A stretch of 64,000 bases of DNA from Eledone cirrhosa (taxonomy: Eukaryota), in the NCBI GenBank assembly GCA_964016885.1, contig OZ024741.1:304978001-305042000 (forward strand), read 5' to 3'. The notes below the pieces were generated by a model. That model saw nothing but the letters and a program-made list of their open reading frames with translations, had not been told where the DNA came from and did not search any database. Below are positions 12,696-25,542 of this stretch, piece after piece. The translations under genes were made by a program, and so were the position numbers. The first letter of the stretch is position 1, and each line of letters begins with the position of its first letter.

Positions 12696-13200
12696 ATCTA
12701 TGTATATATATATACATCCATACACATACACACATATGCACACACAAACACACACACACATCTATATATATATATGTATATATATATATACACACATACA
12801 TATACATACCCCCATACACACACACATGCAGATACACATACGTATGCATATATATATAAAATTCACATACCTATTCATATCTAAATATGAAATGGAATTT
12901 CAGTTCAAATATAGAAGTTTAAGGTGGGTAACAAAATACATTTTCTAAGATAGTTTAACCTAGAAGCAGTTTATAAAAGATATATGAGACCACTATTCCA
13001 TGTTACTTGTGTTAAAAGAAATTTAAGCTGGAATGTAAACAGGTATAATTAATCAGGTTTGATTATTTTATAAAAGAAAGAGTGAAAGGTTCTATGTGGG
13101 GAAGAAGGGATTATCTCATTTCTAGCGCTAAGAGGACTAATTTTAGAAGATATATATAACCCATGCTAGCGTGGAAGATAAACGTTAAACGATGATGATG

Positions 13201-13267
<67 letters not shown>

Positions 13268-14486
13268 CTCTTGTATCCATTGTATTTCTAGCTTTTTTTT
13301 AGGAGTTATTAGTGCACCAGGAAGAGTAGTAATGTCTTAGCATCTGAAACTAAAAAATCACTCAGCAGTCAGCTGATGAGTGGGAAACCTCTGTGTATGT
13401 GTCTTCTCCAAATTTTGAGTGTGCTTTGTTTGTACCGTGTATTAATTTTGGAAAAGCAGCCATAAAAGAATGGTTATCTGCATATAATATCTCATCATCA
13501 TCATCATCAACACCATTTAATGTTTCCTTTCTATGCTTGCATGGATTAGACAGGTTGTCACATACAAAGGCTAGAATAGTTAGATGGACCATGTTTTGCT
13601 TATATGCTCCATTTTGGGCTTGGTTTCTATGCCTGGATACTATTCCTAACACCAACCATCTTACAGTATATACTGGGAGCATATAATCATGACTACCACC
13701 TTACACATATATATACATATATTTCTGATATTTATATATACATATATTTCTATATTTATTCAATCATCATTCTGGCTTCTGTGAAATCAAATCTCCACCT
13801 ATTATATTATATCATTTTTCTTTTCTCCTATATATTAAGGCGGCAAACTGGCAGAATTGTTAGAATTTTGGATAGAATGCTTCGCAGCATTTGATCCAGC
13901 TCTCTGAGTTCAAATCCTGTGTCAACTTTGCCTTGGGTGGGGTGGCGGGCGTGGGGTGTGGGAAGGAGATAACTAGTGCTTTATTTTATGTATGAAAACA
14001 ACTTCATATAGAATCTGGAAGAATAAATATATTCATAAATATGTCTATATGATAAGACACTAGGTATGCACACCAGGTCCAAATACAGAGGAACCAAACT
14101 TCCACTGTCATGGCCTCCATCTCTCTTGCCTCCCCATCTCTCACTATTATGAGTAAGTGATGACCCACGTGCTGGCAGCCCCACAGCCCTGGCAGACAGA
14201 ATGAAGAAGGCGTTTTGCGTCATCCTTTCGAGTTCGAGTAAAAAAGTACCAGTCTAGTACTGGGGTCGATTCTTCCTCTATATATCTTTCTCATCTCCTC
14301 TCTCTCACTTTCTATTCCTCTCTGGAAGAAATCTGCTGTCTTCAGACCTGGAGAGAGACAGGCTCTACCAGACTTTAAGAATACCCAAGAAATGCTGTAT
14401 GTCACTACGACTCCATGACTCCATGATTCCATGAGGAGTTGCAGGACCATACCATATATTCTAATTTTGCTCCTCTAATTCAGTTA

Positions 14487-14755
14487 TACGAGGTGATATC
14501 AAAACGTTTCCGGACTAGTTCTGTAGTGCAGCAACAGGTGACAACACATGGTTATGCACATTGAGACCTAACAGTGACCTTCATGCACTAGTGTGTCGAG
14601 TGACATTGCTGTGTTCACTTTGCAAATTGTGAAATTTGTGTTTTTGTGATAACATGTATGCTGTAGCCTGCGATTTTGTCATGAACAGGAAGTTGGAACA
14701 AAGAGTGAACGTGAAATTTTGCGTTCAACCTGGGAAGTCTGCTACAGAGACATTG
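14487..14755 (+). mobile_element. Mariner-type DNA transposon 5' end with transposase N-terminus
   Basis: Terminus TA-CGAGGTGATATCAAAACGTTTCCGGACT. Encodes MNRKLEQRVNVKFCVQPGKSATETL, the mariner HTH motif. Confidence 0.8.
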
Positions 14756-15554
14756 ATATATACTATATATTGCAGTGTCATTAGAATGTTTTATAGAATG
14801 CTTTGTGGTGGTTGTTCTAGCTCCCTGCACTCTAACTTCAAATTCCACTGTGATTAACTTGGCTTTTTGTCCTTTCAAGGTCAATAAATAAAGTATCAGT
14901 TCAATACTGAGGTCAATTCTTCTTCTATATCTCTATCTCTTGTTGATGCAGCATGGCTGAAAAGTTAAGAAGTTTGGAATGACAATCATTCGATCCCTCG
15001 TTTGATCCCACTGTGAGGCATCTTGGGTAAGTATCATTTACCATACCCTCAGAAACCTTCTGAGTGAAACTGAGTAGATGGAGACTGTTTGGAAGCCCCT
15101 TGTGTAGACTGTAGCTGTAATTCAAAGAGCCAGCCTTGTCACACATTGTGGTATGCTGAATCTGTATGAGAATTATGTTAAGGGTACAACATGTCTGTGG
15201 AAAGCTTAGTGCCTTACATGAGCAGCCTGTTCCTTTGGTTGTTTAACTGGAATACTCATTGTTGAAACCACTGGAGGGCCATTCCTTTTTTTTCTCTCTC
15301 TCTCATTTATCCTATCTCCTTCTCTATTTTTCTGAAAGTAATCAGCTATGTTCTGACCCAGAGAGATGGTTTAAATGCCCATTAGGAGTTCAGGGCACAA
15401 CACTTGGCATGAATATATTTAAAAAGAACTTTATAACTACAAATCCTTCTATTATCAGTCCAGTCTCTATTCACTTAAGAATATAAATTAATAGTTTAGT
15501 GGTTTAACCCTTTTGATAACAACCTGCCCAAAGCCAGCTGTTGTGACAAAAGTT

Positions 15555-15682
15555 AGTGTGGTAGTCTTCTGGTGCTCATCCTGCAGACATGGCTAAACCA
15601 CTGTAGCCTGTGTTGCCGGATTTGGTCTTCAATGGTCTGCTGCTGGCATTGTTCTCGGATGTTGTTGTTTGAGATTTGGTGA
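15555..15682 (-). pseudogene. RTE ORF fragment inside a MITE
   Basis: Minus strand encodes HQISNNNIREQCQQQTIEDQIRQHRLQWFSHVCRM. Confidence 0.65.
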
Positions 15683-16063
15683 AGTAAATAATTTTGGTAA
15701 ATCCCTCAAAATTCTTCTTCAATTAATTGAAACTGTGTATTTCATTAGAAATATAGAAATGAAAGTGTTAACTACTTAATAGAATTACCACTAATGTTAG
15801 AATTGATAATGCTACTATTCTTTTATCTGTAAGTTCTAAGTTTAGCTGTTTCAGCCAAGCCTACAAATTCTTCCTAGAGTTTTTATTTGTTCCAAATAAA
15901 TCTGCTGAGAGAGAGCCAACAATAGCATTCACTAAATTTAGATTTGTCCATTCAACCACTTTACCTAGTCATTTTTCTCTGTTCATTTTTTAAATTTATT
16001 TTTTCATAGCTTGTTCAATAATAGAAATTGTGGTCATTTTACACTCTCTGTATTTACCTGACT

Positions 16064-16729
16064 CAGAGCCTCTCAAAATAGTTGATATAGGCTCCCTAGG
16101 GGTGAATAACATTTTTGCAGGAGTGAATAAAAGCTTAGGGATCCACAGGGAGATGAACTTACTAGTTTGCATTTACTAGCTTTTCCAAGTTCATATATGG
16201 TGGAATCTGGGTTTAGCCTGTATATTACTAAGCAAAAAGAGAAGTGCTTTGAACATAGAAAATGGTGATTTGTGGTTCAGACTCACAAACCTGCAATCTA
16301 ATATTTGTGATGTTCTCCATGCCCATCAAATCCACCCTTCCTCACCACAATTAATTCAAGCATGAACTCTCTTGCATTTACATTACTCTATATTTACTAT
16401 TATATTTTCAGAGTAATAATTATCTCACATAATATCAAATCTATGCGATTTTGATATTATTTAGAAAACAATACCTTAACATCAGTATGAGCAACTGATT
16501 ACAGAAAGAGGTGAGAGAATTCTGGACGGATATGGCCGGTTGAAATGCTAAAGGGTTAAAGGTGTCTTTGCATTTATAGTTTACTGATTCTTTTCTTATG
16601 TAAGCTGTATTAAACATTGCTGAATTAATTATGTTTTGTAATTTTATATTCGATTTATTTGCTTGAGGGTGAACAGAAATTAAATTTTATTTCAAGGGAT
16701 CTATCGAATAAAAGGTTTGAGAACACCTT
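16064..16729 (+). mobile_element. Old Buster/Charlie-type hAT deletion derivative
   Basis: Ends cagagcctctcaaa / tttgagaacacct. Interior encodes AFPSSYMVESGFS...KRSALNIENGDLWFRLTNLQSNI...HQIHPS, the hAT C-terminal domain. Interrupted by a TTAA-type MITE. Confidence 0.7.
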
Positions 16730-16951
16730 ACCTATCTTTATGTCACTTTACCATGTTTCTCAAAACGAAATTAAAGCTGAAGGGACTCTGAGTCTAGATG
16801 GTAGATCAAATTCAAATTGAATCACAGACAGTTAGAAGAGTACTTCCACAATGCTTTTGAGGCAAGGAAGACAAACTGGTATAGCTGTGTACATTCCCAA
16901 GAAGATGGTGCTCAAATATATGAAATAATACATGAACTACATTATTTATGA

Positions 16952-17135
16952 GGATTGGCAGTATCGGTAGAGAGTTAGACATCATGCTTTGCAGCATAGA
17001 GTTATGGCCCATTATGTTCTGAGTTCAAATCTCACCAAGGTTAGCTTTGTCTTTCATCCTCAAGGGGTCAATTAAATAAAGCACCAGTAATGTACTGAGG
17101 TTGATTTAATTGACTTTCCCCTCCCCTTCAAATTG
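16952..17135 (+). mobile_element. Short SINE copy
   Basis: Similar to 6960-7150. Confidence 0.75.
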
Positions 17136-17162
17136 CTGCTCTTCAGAAACAATTATTTACTG

Positions 17163-18862
17163 CAATGGTTCTCAACTGGGGGCATATGCACCCCCGGGGG
17201 CGTTTCGGAATACATACATCTAGGACTACATACAACACACAGGCAGGTAATACATACATCTAGGACCACATACAACACACATTGTATTATGTGCTACGGA
17301 CGACGCATGAGCAATGTCGGCCAGCATAAGGGCTTCGTCACTCTTCTGAAGAGAGAAAAATCTATCTGTATTTGCTGTTCCTTGTGTCATTCATCGACAA
17401 CACTTGGCTGTGAAGAAACAATTTTATCAAACGGTATTCCCTCAATGAACGAATTTTCCAGCAACTGTGCCAAGATAATGACGAAGAATTCGTCAAGTTG
17501 CTCCTTCATACTGAAGTGAGGTGGCTTTCAACGGGCAAGTGCTTTACTCACTTCTTTGAACTCTTCGACTCTATCATTGAGTTTCTGCGAGGACGCAACA
17601 CATAACAGTACAAGAAAACCCTGGATGTGAGGCAAGACTGCGCCTACCTCACCAACATCTTCGACAAATGCAATAGCGTCATTTTGGCTTTGCAGGGGAA
17701 GAAGATCACCTTGCTTAAAGCAAGGAATGCTGTGAAAACATTCCTGGCCAAATTGAATGTCATCGAAAGGAGTCTTTGTTGACGGGAATTCTATAATTTT
17801 CCTAGTGTTGCCAATGTTCAAAACATTGTAAGCGATGACCAACTCCAAATTTATACCACTCACCTCCGTGCGCTACAAGACAACATGAGAGAACGGTTTG
17901 TCGACCTTTTGCCGATGGATATCCCAATGTTTCATAGCTAACATCGACGATTTGGACGTTAATTTTCAGGAAGAATTCATTGAACTTCAAGCAGATGACA
18001 TGATCAAAATTAGATTTCCCAAAAATAGGTGAACCCTTTTTAGGATGCAAGAGGAAATTCAACGTTGATTTCCACTCCTACATGCAGAGGCTAAGAGATT
18101 TGCTCTCCTTTTCCAAGCTCATACTTAGTCGAGAGGATGTTTGGTGCTGTTTCCAGACTGCACAGTAAGGCTTGCAACCGCTACAATGTAATTACACGTG
18201 GAGATCTCTGGCTACATCTTAGGAAAATTCAGCCTCACGTCAAAGAGTTAGACTCCATGAAGCTCAAGGGTCCCATTGAAATGAGTCAAAGTTAAAGTAA
18301 GTTGATTTATCTGAAAACTTGGATATGCTATTGTTACAAAGCAAACTAACAATTTTTTAATTTGTAGTTGCAGTCTGACTGGACTGGAAACCATCTACTA
18401 CAATTCATTTGTTGTATATATTTTATACATTTATTAATAAATATACCCTCCCGCGTGGTCATGAAAACCTTCTTCCATGGTCTCTAAGCTCACAAAGCAG
18501 AGTTAGATATTAACATTTATTCTGTCCATTTCATTAAAGGGAAAATTGGAAAGCTTTGAAATGATATAATTGCCACTTTCTTCCAGATAAGAGCACTCTT
18601 GGGATAGACAGAGTTGCTCTTGTATAAATGTTCAAAATAGCTGAACATTTATGTTCCTTTTTTTGACATTTATATATTTCCTTTCAAGGAATGTATTTAT
18701 TATACTCTCAGCTTGCCTGCAATGGTATCTTTGGAATATTGTTAATCAATTTTTTAGTAATCTACTGATATCAAAATCAGTAGTATATTGAAAAATGGAA
18801 AAATAGGGTAGGGCAGCGTTTCGTGATTTCAAGGGTTGATTTAAATGGGTTGAGAACCTGTG
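17163..18862 (+). mobile_element. hAT (Buster/Charlie, ZBED5/FAM200-like) transposon, internally deleted
   Basis: TIRs CAATGGTTCTCAAC / GTTGAGAACCTGTG. Perfect 8-bp TSD ATTTACTG at 17155-17162 and 18863-18870. Confidence 0.92.
17282..18279 (+). pseudogene. Disrupted hAT transposase, catalytic and C-terminal part
   Basis: Motifs CATDD, CVIHRQHL, LLLHTEVRWLSTG, AYLTNIF, FPSSYLVERMF and RGDLWL, with frameshifts and stops. Confidence 0.9.
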
Positions 18863-20098
18863 ATTTACTGTAATATGCTGCCCATCAGAAACAATTATTT
18901 ACTGTAATATGGTGTACTTTCCTTAAGACCATGTCCTGGAATTTTCTGATACTACTATATCTGCACACACGCACACTCTCTCTCTCTCACACACACACAC
19001 ACCCTCTCTCTCCCTCCCACACACACACACACCCTCTCTCTCCCTCCCACACACACACACACAAAGTGGATATGTTTTGGAAGCCACTGCACTACAGATG
19101 GGTTTGTAAATATCAAGGTAACAGATCCAGATAAGGAACATGTAGAAAGGTAAGAATAAGCAAAAAGAAGAGAAGGAAAGATGAGAAATGAGAGATTCTG
19201 TTACTTTGGTAACATTTATTATTTATAATATATTTCTCTGTGTGTGTATATATATTATATAAAAAGCAAGGAAGATTGTCTCTCCTGAAACAACATTCCT
19301 ATTTCTCCACAAAGTTTCACAGAATTTATCACAGATATCCAGATCCATCCTACAATAATTCATTAGCCCAACACAGAACCATTCCTAAAGTATAACAGGC
19401 CGGATTCAAGAAAGAAGATGTAGAAAGACTGAAAGTTCTAATGGATTAGAAATGGAAGAGATAAGGTAACAAAATAGAACATTATCCTTTTCTGTTTAAT
19501 ATAGAACAATACCATCTTTTGCATTCAATCTCTCTTTAACATTGCTTCCTTTTTCTCAATCTGTTTCATTCTATTTCCCTCTTTCTCTTTTCTCTTTCCC
19601 TTTCTCACACACACAATGTTCCCTCAAATATCACTATGTGTTTGTATGTGTATGTACATATATATATAAATTCATATATATGCATAATGTGTTTGTGTTG
19701 TCAGTTGTGTGCATGTTTGTATGAATTCATATATAAACATTACTTGTTTGTATATGAATCAAAATGCCTGTATGTGTGCCTGTATGAGTACATGTGTGTA
19801 TAAATTTATGTATACACATGTTTGTGCCTGCATGTGTGTATATGCCTGTGTCTAGATGCTTGTAGATGTGTGTATGAATTTATATATGTGTATTATGCAT
19901 TTGTACACAGATGTACTGTATGTATGTATGTATGTATGGTCCCATAACTCCTGATAGAGTTGTAGGGACGCCGTATTGACATATGGCATTTCTTGGGCAT
20001 TTTAAGCCTGGCGGAGCCCGTCCCTCTCCAGGCAGATTTCTTCCAGAGAAAGATAGAAAGTGTGAGAGAGGAAATGAGAAAGAGATGTAGAGGAAGAA

Positions 20099-20955
20099 TT
20101 ACATTATATACATGTCTGTATATATTTTAATTATTTATAAGTGAATGTGACCCAACAGGTCATGGGTGGTCTAGTATACTACTAAAACTCTGTGATTGCT
20201 TGCTTGTCTGTAATTTAAACAGCCAAAAGGGCGCATAATGGGAAAATACTTTGAAAGGAAGCTAACCCTGAAATGGGAATACAAATGGAATAAAACAAGT
20301 TTCACGTAAATTGGAGTACGGGTTCCTGAGATACGGGGTTTTTCCGGGTACCTTCATAAATAGAGAGAGAGAAAGAGATAGTGGTTGTGAGAGAGTAGAT
20401 TGAAAGAGAGAGAGAGAGAGGAGACAGATAAGGAAAATGGAAGAGAGAGAGAGAGCTGGTGGTGTTGTTGAATGAAATTATAACAGGTGACTTCAAAGAA
20501 TCGAATACAGCATTACTGTATCTAGCTCGAATTTGGTGACTGAATATTAAGTCATATGTACCATATAACTTGTGTTAGGAGAGGAATATTTCCTGATAAA
20601 TAGGAAGGGTTTCTAAGTATGTGTGTATATAGATATGTGTGTGTATATATATGTGTGTGTGTGTGTGTGTATGTGTGTGTGTCTGTGACCAGTGTATATA
20701 GGTCACAGACACACGCACACACACACACACACATATATCTAACCCATGCTAACGGGGAAGAACGGACGTAAAACAGTGATGATGATATATATATATACAC
20801 ACACACACACATATATATATGGGCCTTCCAGTTTCATTTTACATTATATACATGTCTGTCTATATTTTAATTATTTAAAAATTATTTCTAAGTGATTATG
20901 ATTTTTTAAAAATATCTTTAAGTGCATGTGACCCAACGGGTCATGGGTGGTCTAG
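20099..20955 (+). mobile_element. Non-autonomous Helitron-like element, a partial copy plus a full copy in tandem
   Basis: Two copies of a 3' end, hairpin gtgaccc-aac-(a/g)ggtcat plus CTAG|T, end at 20174 and 20955. The sequence after the first (tatactactaaaactc...tgcttgcttgtctgt) looks like a Helitron 5' end. Confidence 0.6.
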
Positions 20956-21424
20956 TATATATATATATATATATACATACACACACACACACACATACAC
21001 ACACAAATATACATACATACATACAGATACATACATACAGATACATACATACATATATACATACATGCATACATAGATGCATACATGGTGGCTGCCAACT
21101 CGTTTTCGAGTACGGCCACTACTTTAAATCCATGTAGGAGAACCCCTACCAATGCGCTGAACGAGTGTGACTTTTAGTCCAGCCAGCGACTTGAAAACTC
21201 TGGTACAAACACTACACTTGTGACAATTATTGACACATAGTGCTGGGCCCATGGTACCATGTGACGACAAGTGCAGAGAGATCTCCAGATATAAAGCAAT
21301 GCCTGTGCCGTGAAGCTTTTATAGTGAGCAAAGGCACTGCACAAAGCCAGTCCCACTCTCTTAACCAAGATGATATTTACCAAAAAGAAGAACAAGTCAA
21401 CATCATTGGATACCATCAGGGTTG

Positions 21425-21695
21425 TAGGTGTTATATCAGAGTTTTCCTTCTCCTAGTATTCTGCCTTGACAAAGCCTAAGGGGTCATCTCTCCCGGTGAT
21501 TTTGGATGGCCATTGACTCTTAAGAGCTCCTTTGCCCTTTGACAGGTTTTGTTTTTAGTCCTGCAGGATGTCCAAAGTCACCCTCCTCACCAAGAAACCT
21601 TGGTGGGGTTGCCAGTTTAGTCGCCAATGACCTGACCATGGAACAGGTTGTACTGGGATACATGTTACCAACTGGTGACCTGACATAATCTGAGA
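21425..21695 (-). mobile_element. Probable LINE (RTE-like) 5' UTR fragment
   Basis: GC-richer block whose minus strand contains ctaggagaaggaaaactctga, a motif I recall from RTE 5' UTRs but cannot verify. Confidence 0.35.
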
Positions 21696-21811
21696 TACAT
21701 ACATACATACATACATACATATTGATATATAATATTTAAAAACTAGTCAAGTCTTTAGTATGTTCTAAAAATTTATTACCTTATCTTGTAATTATATATA
21801 TATATATATAT

Positions 21812-22065
21812 GTGTAGGTGTCACGACAAAAAAACACACAGTCCACACTGTAATGTGGCCGTGTAGGCAACACGGTAAAAACCTCCCAGACCCACACTGT
21901 AAATGTGGTTGGTGTTAGGAAGGGCATCCAACTGTAGAAAACCTGCCAGACAGTCCTATGCGAGCAAGACAATCACTCTTGCCTCAAGTGGGACTACCCC
22001 CGTCCAAACCCATGCAAGCATGGAACACGGGACGTTAAACGTTGATGATGATGATGATGATGATA
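21812..22065 (+). mobile_element. SINE/RTE tail fragment ending in (GAT)n
   Basis: Similar to 2650-2913. Confidence 0.75.
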
Positions 22066-22554
22066 TATATATATATATATGTATATATGTGTCTGTGTGT
22101 ATATACGTCTGTTTGTGTATGTGTGTGTGAGTGGTCTGTGTGTGTGTGTGTGTACGTATTTGAGTGCTTGTATATGTGAGTATGTACCTGTATTTTTCTG
22201 TCTATGTGTATGCATGTGTATGGATGAAGCGGGTATATGTCAAAGTAGTGATAACAACTATCAAGCTGTCCTAGTAGACAGAAATGCTTTCCATTGACCC
22301 AGTGTGCTAGACACAACAATAGCTGAAGGTTACTAAACTATCTCTCCTACCTTCTGCATGGTGGCTACCTAATAAATTCACGAACTTTGTTAAATATAAC
22401 AAAAAGCACACATAAACTAAACAGCAGCAGTAGTAAGCTTATAAAGGCTATTTTCTCTGATGAGTCTGATAAGGTAGGGGTTAGCCTTGCAGTGTCCTCC
22501 GAAAGTCTGCTCATTATAGGGTCCTCTTTTGAAGCAATGCTTTATGACCAAGTG

Positions 22555-22905
22555 TCACTGCTCTATCTCCATATCTACAATGCATTAGTCCCCTCTGATC
22601 TCCTATATGGAGCAGAAATGTGGGCCCTCACAAAGACCCAGGCAAAGAGGATTGATGGTTTCAATAGCAGAGCAATGAGGACCATCAAGAACATCAGATG
22701 GTACCACCATGTTTCCAACAAAGAGTTTGTTTGTAAACACATCAGCCCACAGCCGCCCACCTCAGCCATCTGCCTCATGAGTTGGTATGGATGTTCTCCA
22801 CCTGCTACTAGATCATCCTACCAGGGCCTTATTCTCTTTCAATGCGGCAGCTACAGGCTGGAAAAGGCTTGATGGAAGGCCCCTAACCAAATGCCTTGAC
22901 CAGCC
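22555..22905 (+). pseudogene. RTE-like ORF C-terminal fragment (different family)
   Basis: Encodes LHIYNALVPSDLLYGAEMWALTKTQAKRIDGFNSRAMRTIKNIRWYHHVSNKE. Confidence 0.8.
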
Positions 22906-23619
22906 TATGGGAACAGTAACTACGATTAAGTACTGACATGGTTTATAACTTGTCCCACTCATTCCAGCATGAAATAAACATAAAATGATTATGACTATGA
23001 TGGTATGACATACATGCATGACATACCAGGGGTTTGAACTCAAAAAGTTCTTCTTCACGGTACAAGCCTGGGTAAGTTGTTTAGTGTCAGAGGACCACAC
23101 TATGTGGAAGCATTCCATTTTGGTATGATTTCTATAGCTGAAGACTCTTCCTATCTTCAGCCACCTTACCAAATTTACTGGGTACATTTTATAGTGTTAC
23201 TGACACTAACCATTTACAGAGTGTACTAAGCGCATTTTATCTTATAACCAGTACTACAACTTTACAGAAAATACTGAATAGATTTTATTGTAAAACTAGC
23301 ACTAGGGAAATCATTGTGCTTATATGTGTGTGTGTGTGGGCATGTTAAACACACACACACATACACACACACACATATATAAGCTGTCTTTGTTTATTTT
23401 TTTTATTAGAGCAAATCCTAAGAAATATTCAATCTGTCGACTGGAACATATAATATAAATAAATATATATATATATTACTCTGTTTGTTGGTCCACCACT
23501 GGATAGAACTGGTCATTCCGTATGGTCAACCTCGATGTAATATTAGGGAGAGCACTCAACATAATGCAACTCACCCGTCTTCGTTTGTGTTGTTGGTGGT
23601 GCGAGTATGGAGTTAATTA

Positions 23620-24464
23620 TTATAAAATAACAGGAGGCTGGACTGGTGTAGTTCCTTAAAGGTTTATTATACTATGATCATTTCAATGACCGGGTTCAGT
23701 ATGAATCTGGTGATATCATCAGGTATTCGAAATTTAACAAAGGTATATAATCCATGGAGCTGAAAAGGCAGATTGACAAGGCGGCGGCCACCCATTTAGC
23801 CTTTCTAGTTTGGTCGGCCGCCCTCAAGTGACGACTACCAATTCTTCTTATGCCTTTCTCGTGAAGGGGCGTCAGCTTATAGTGTACTACTACCACCTCG
23901 TCACGGACAGAGGCTAGCGGTGGGATCAGGTTACATTAAAGTTGGTCAGGAGTGCTAAAAAGTGTTAAGAAATATATTTAAAAAAAAAACATATATATCT
24001 TTAACAAAGCTATATATAGTGGGCGACTGTACAATATATTTTTCGTTGTAGGGTCAGAAATTACGATTAACGATTAGAAATGTAAAATTTATGCTTAGAA
24101 TTAAAAGATGTCATTTAAGATGAGATTAGAAAAGAAAGATTTAGGTTTAAATTTGGGAGATTTAGTTAAAGAATTTACAGAAGGAGGCATTTATGAAAAG
24201 GTTAATTGTATTATTGATAGTCACGATAAAGTTTCAGGGTAGAATATAAAGTCAGGACTAATCCCATGTTTGGCGGTAAGTAACCAGTGACGTTGCGGAC
24301 TCTAGCCCACCTGGGGCCCAATGGCGTGTCAACTGATCTGAGTATTTTCGTCTACCGAAAAAAAGGGAAATTTGTTTTTCCGAGCACTCCAAGAATGTTA
24401 ACTGTCGCAAGCGCCTGGGGTGCTAGCGGGAAACCCACCACCGTCGGCTGATCATCGTGTAAAC
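23620..24464 (-). mobile_element. Probable Penelope-like pseudo-LTR/3' region, split by a hAT insertion (continues about 27162-27215)
   Basis: Hammerhead plus AATAAA near the minus-strand 3' end, and a CpG-richer body. Confidence 0.55.
23669..23726 (-). ncRNA. Minimal type I hammerhead ribozyme motif
   Basis: Minus strand: atac-CTGATGA-tatcaccagattca-tac-tgaacccggtcatt-GAAA-T-GATC-A-TA-gtat-AATAAA. The core is intact and loop III (GATC) is palindromic. Confidence 0.75.
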
Positions 24465-25129
24465 CAAAGGTTCTCAACCCTTTTACCTCTCTAAATCACG
24501 AAACAGCCCCTACCCTATTTTTCCATTTTTCAATATACTACTGATTTTGATATCAGTAGATTACTGGGGGCCAAATCAAGTTATGTTAGAATCTTTAAAA
24601 AATACTCACACAAATTAAATGCAAAAAAGTTTCAGTCCAAAACAAAAGCAAGCTATTTCAAATTATATATTTTTGAAAAAAAAAAGATTTGATCTCAGTC
24701 GAAAAAGCTTTTTTTTTTAAATTCTATATTTCACTGTTAGCTGTTGTAATATTTTGAGTGGATAGACAATTCTACAACTCAAACTGTAAAGTCAAAATAC
24801 AAAAGATGCAAAATATGAAGAATTTCTTACCTTTCTCTGAAATCACAAACTCAGGGGAAAAATAGTACCTTGCAAAATAAAATACTTAGTAGCAACGAAT
24901 GAATTGAGAAGCTTGAGACAGTGAGAAAGCCATATCTGTATCCCTTATATATACATAGATAGATACACACACACATAAACGCACACGCACGCACGCACAC
25001 ACACACACACATACATACACACACACACACAAACTTGTGTGTGTGTGCCTTGGTTTTGGTACAGAAAGAATTTGTCTCCAGTTTTTATTGCCAGGCCACT
25101 GCTCTTTTCAACAACGCCAAATAACAACA

Positions 25130-25189
<60 letters not shown>

Positions 25190-25478
25190 GAAGAGAGAAA
25201 GAGGGAAGGACAGAGAGAGTAAGAAATGTGTGTGTGTGTGTGTGTTTGGTACACGTCTATCTATCTATCTATCTATCTATCTATTTTTTAAATTGCATTT
25301 GTGATAACATTTTACACGTTTTTATTGTATGTAAACTTCCCCCTTTGTATTTGTCCCCTTCTTTTGTGCCCCTGTGGCTAATAAAGAAACATATCTATCT
25401 CCAACAGGGGGCTCAAACAGGGTAGACCAGACTGAAAAAAGAAAAAAAATATATATATATGTGTGTGTGCGTGTGTGT

Positions 25479-25542
<64 letters not shown>

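Noticed and set aside
13372-13410. CTGATGA-gtgg-GAAAC hammerhead candidate
   Set aside because: Stem II cannot pair and there is no convincing stem I.
17282-18279. Domesticated ZBED5/FAM200-like host gene
   Set aside because: It has multiple stops, frameshifts and deletions and is still bounded by TIRs and a TSD.
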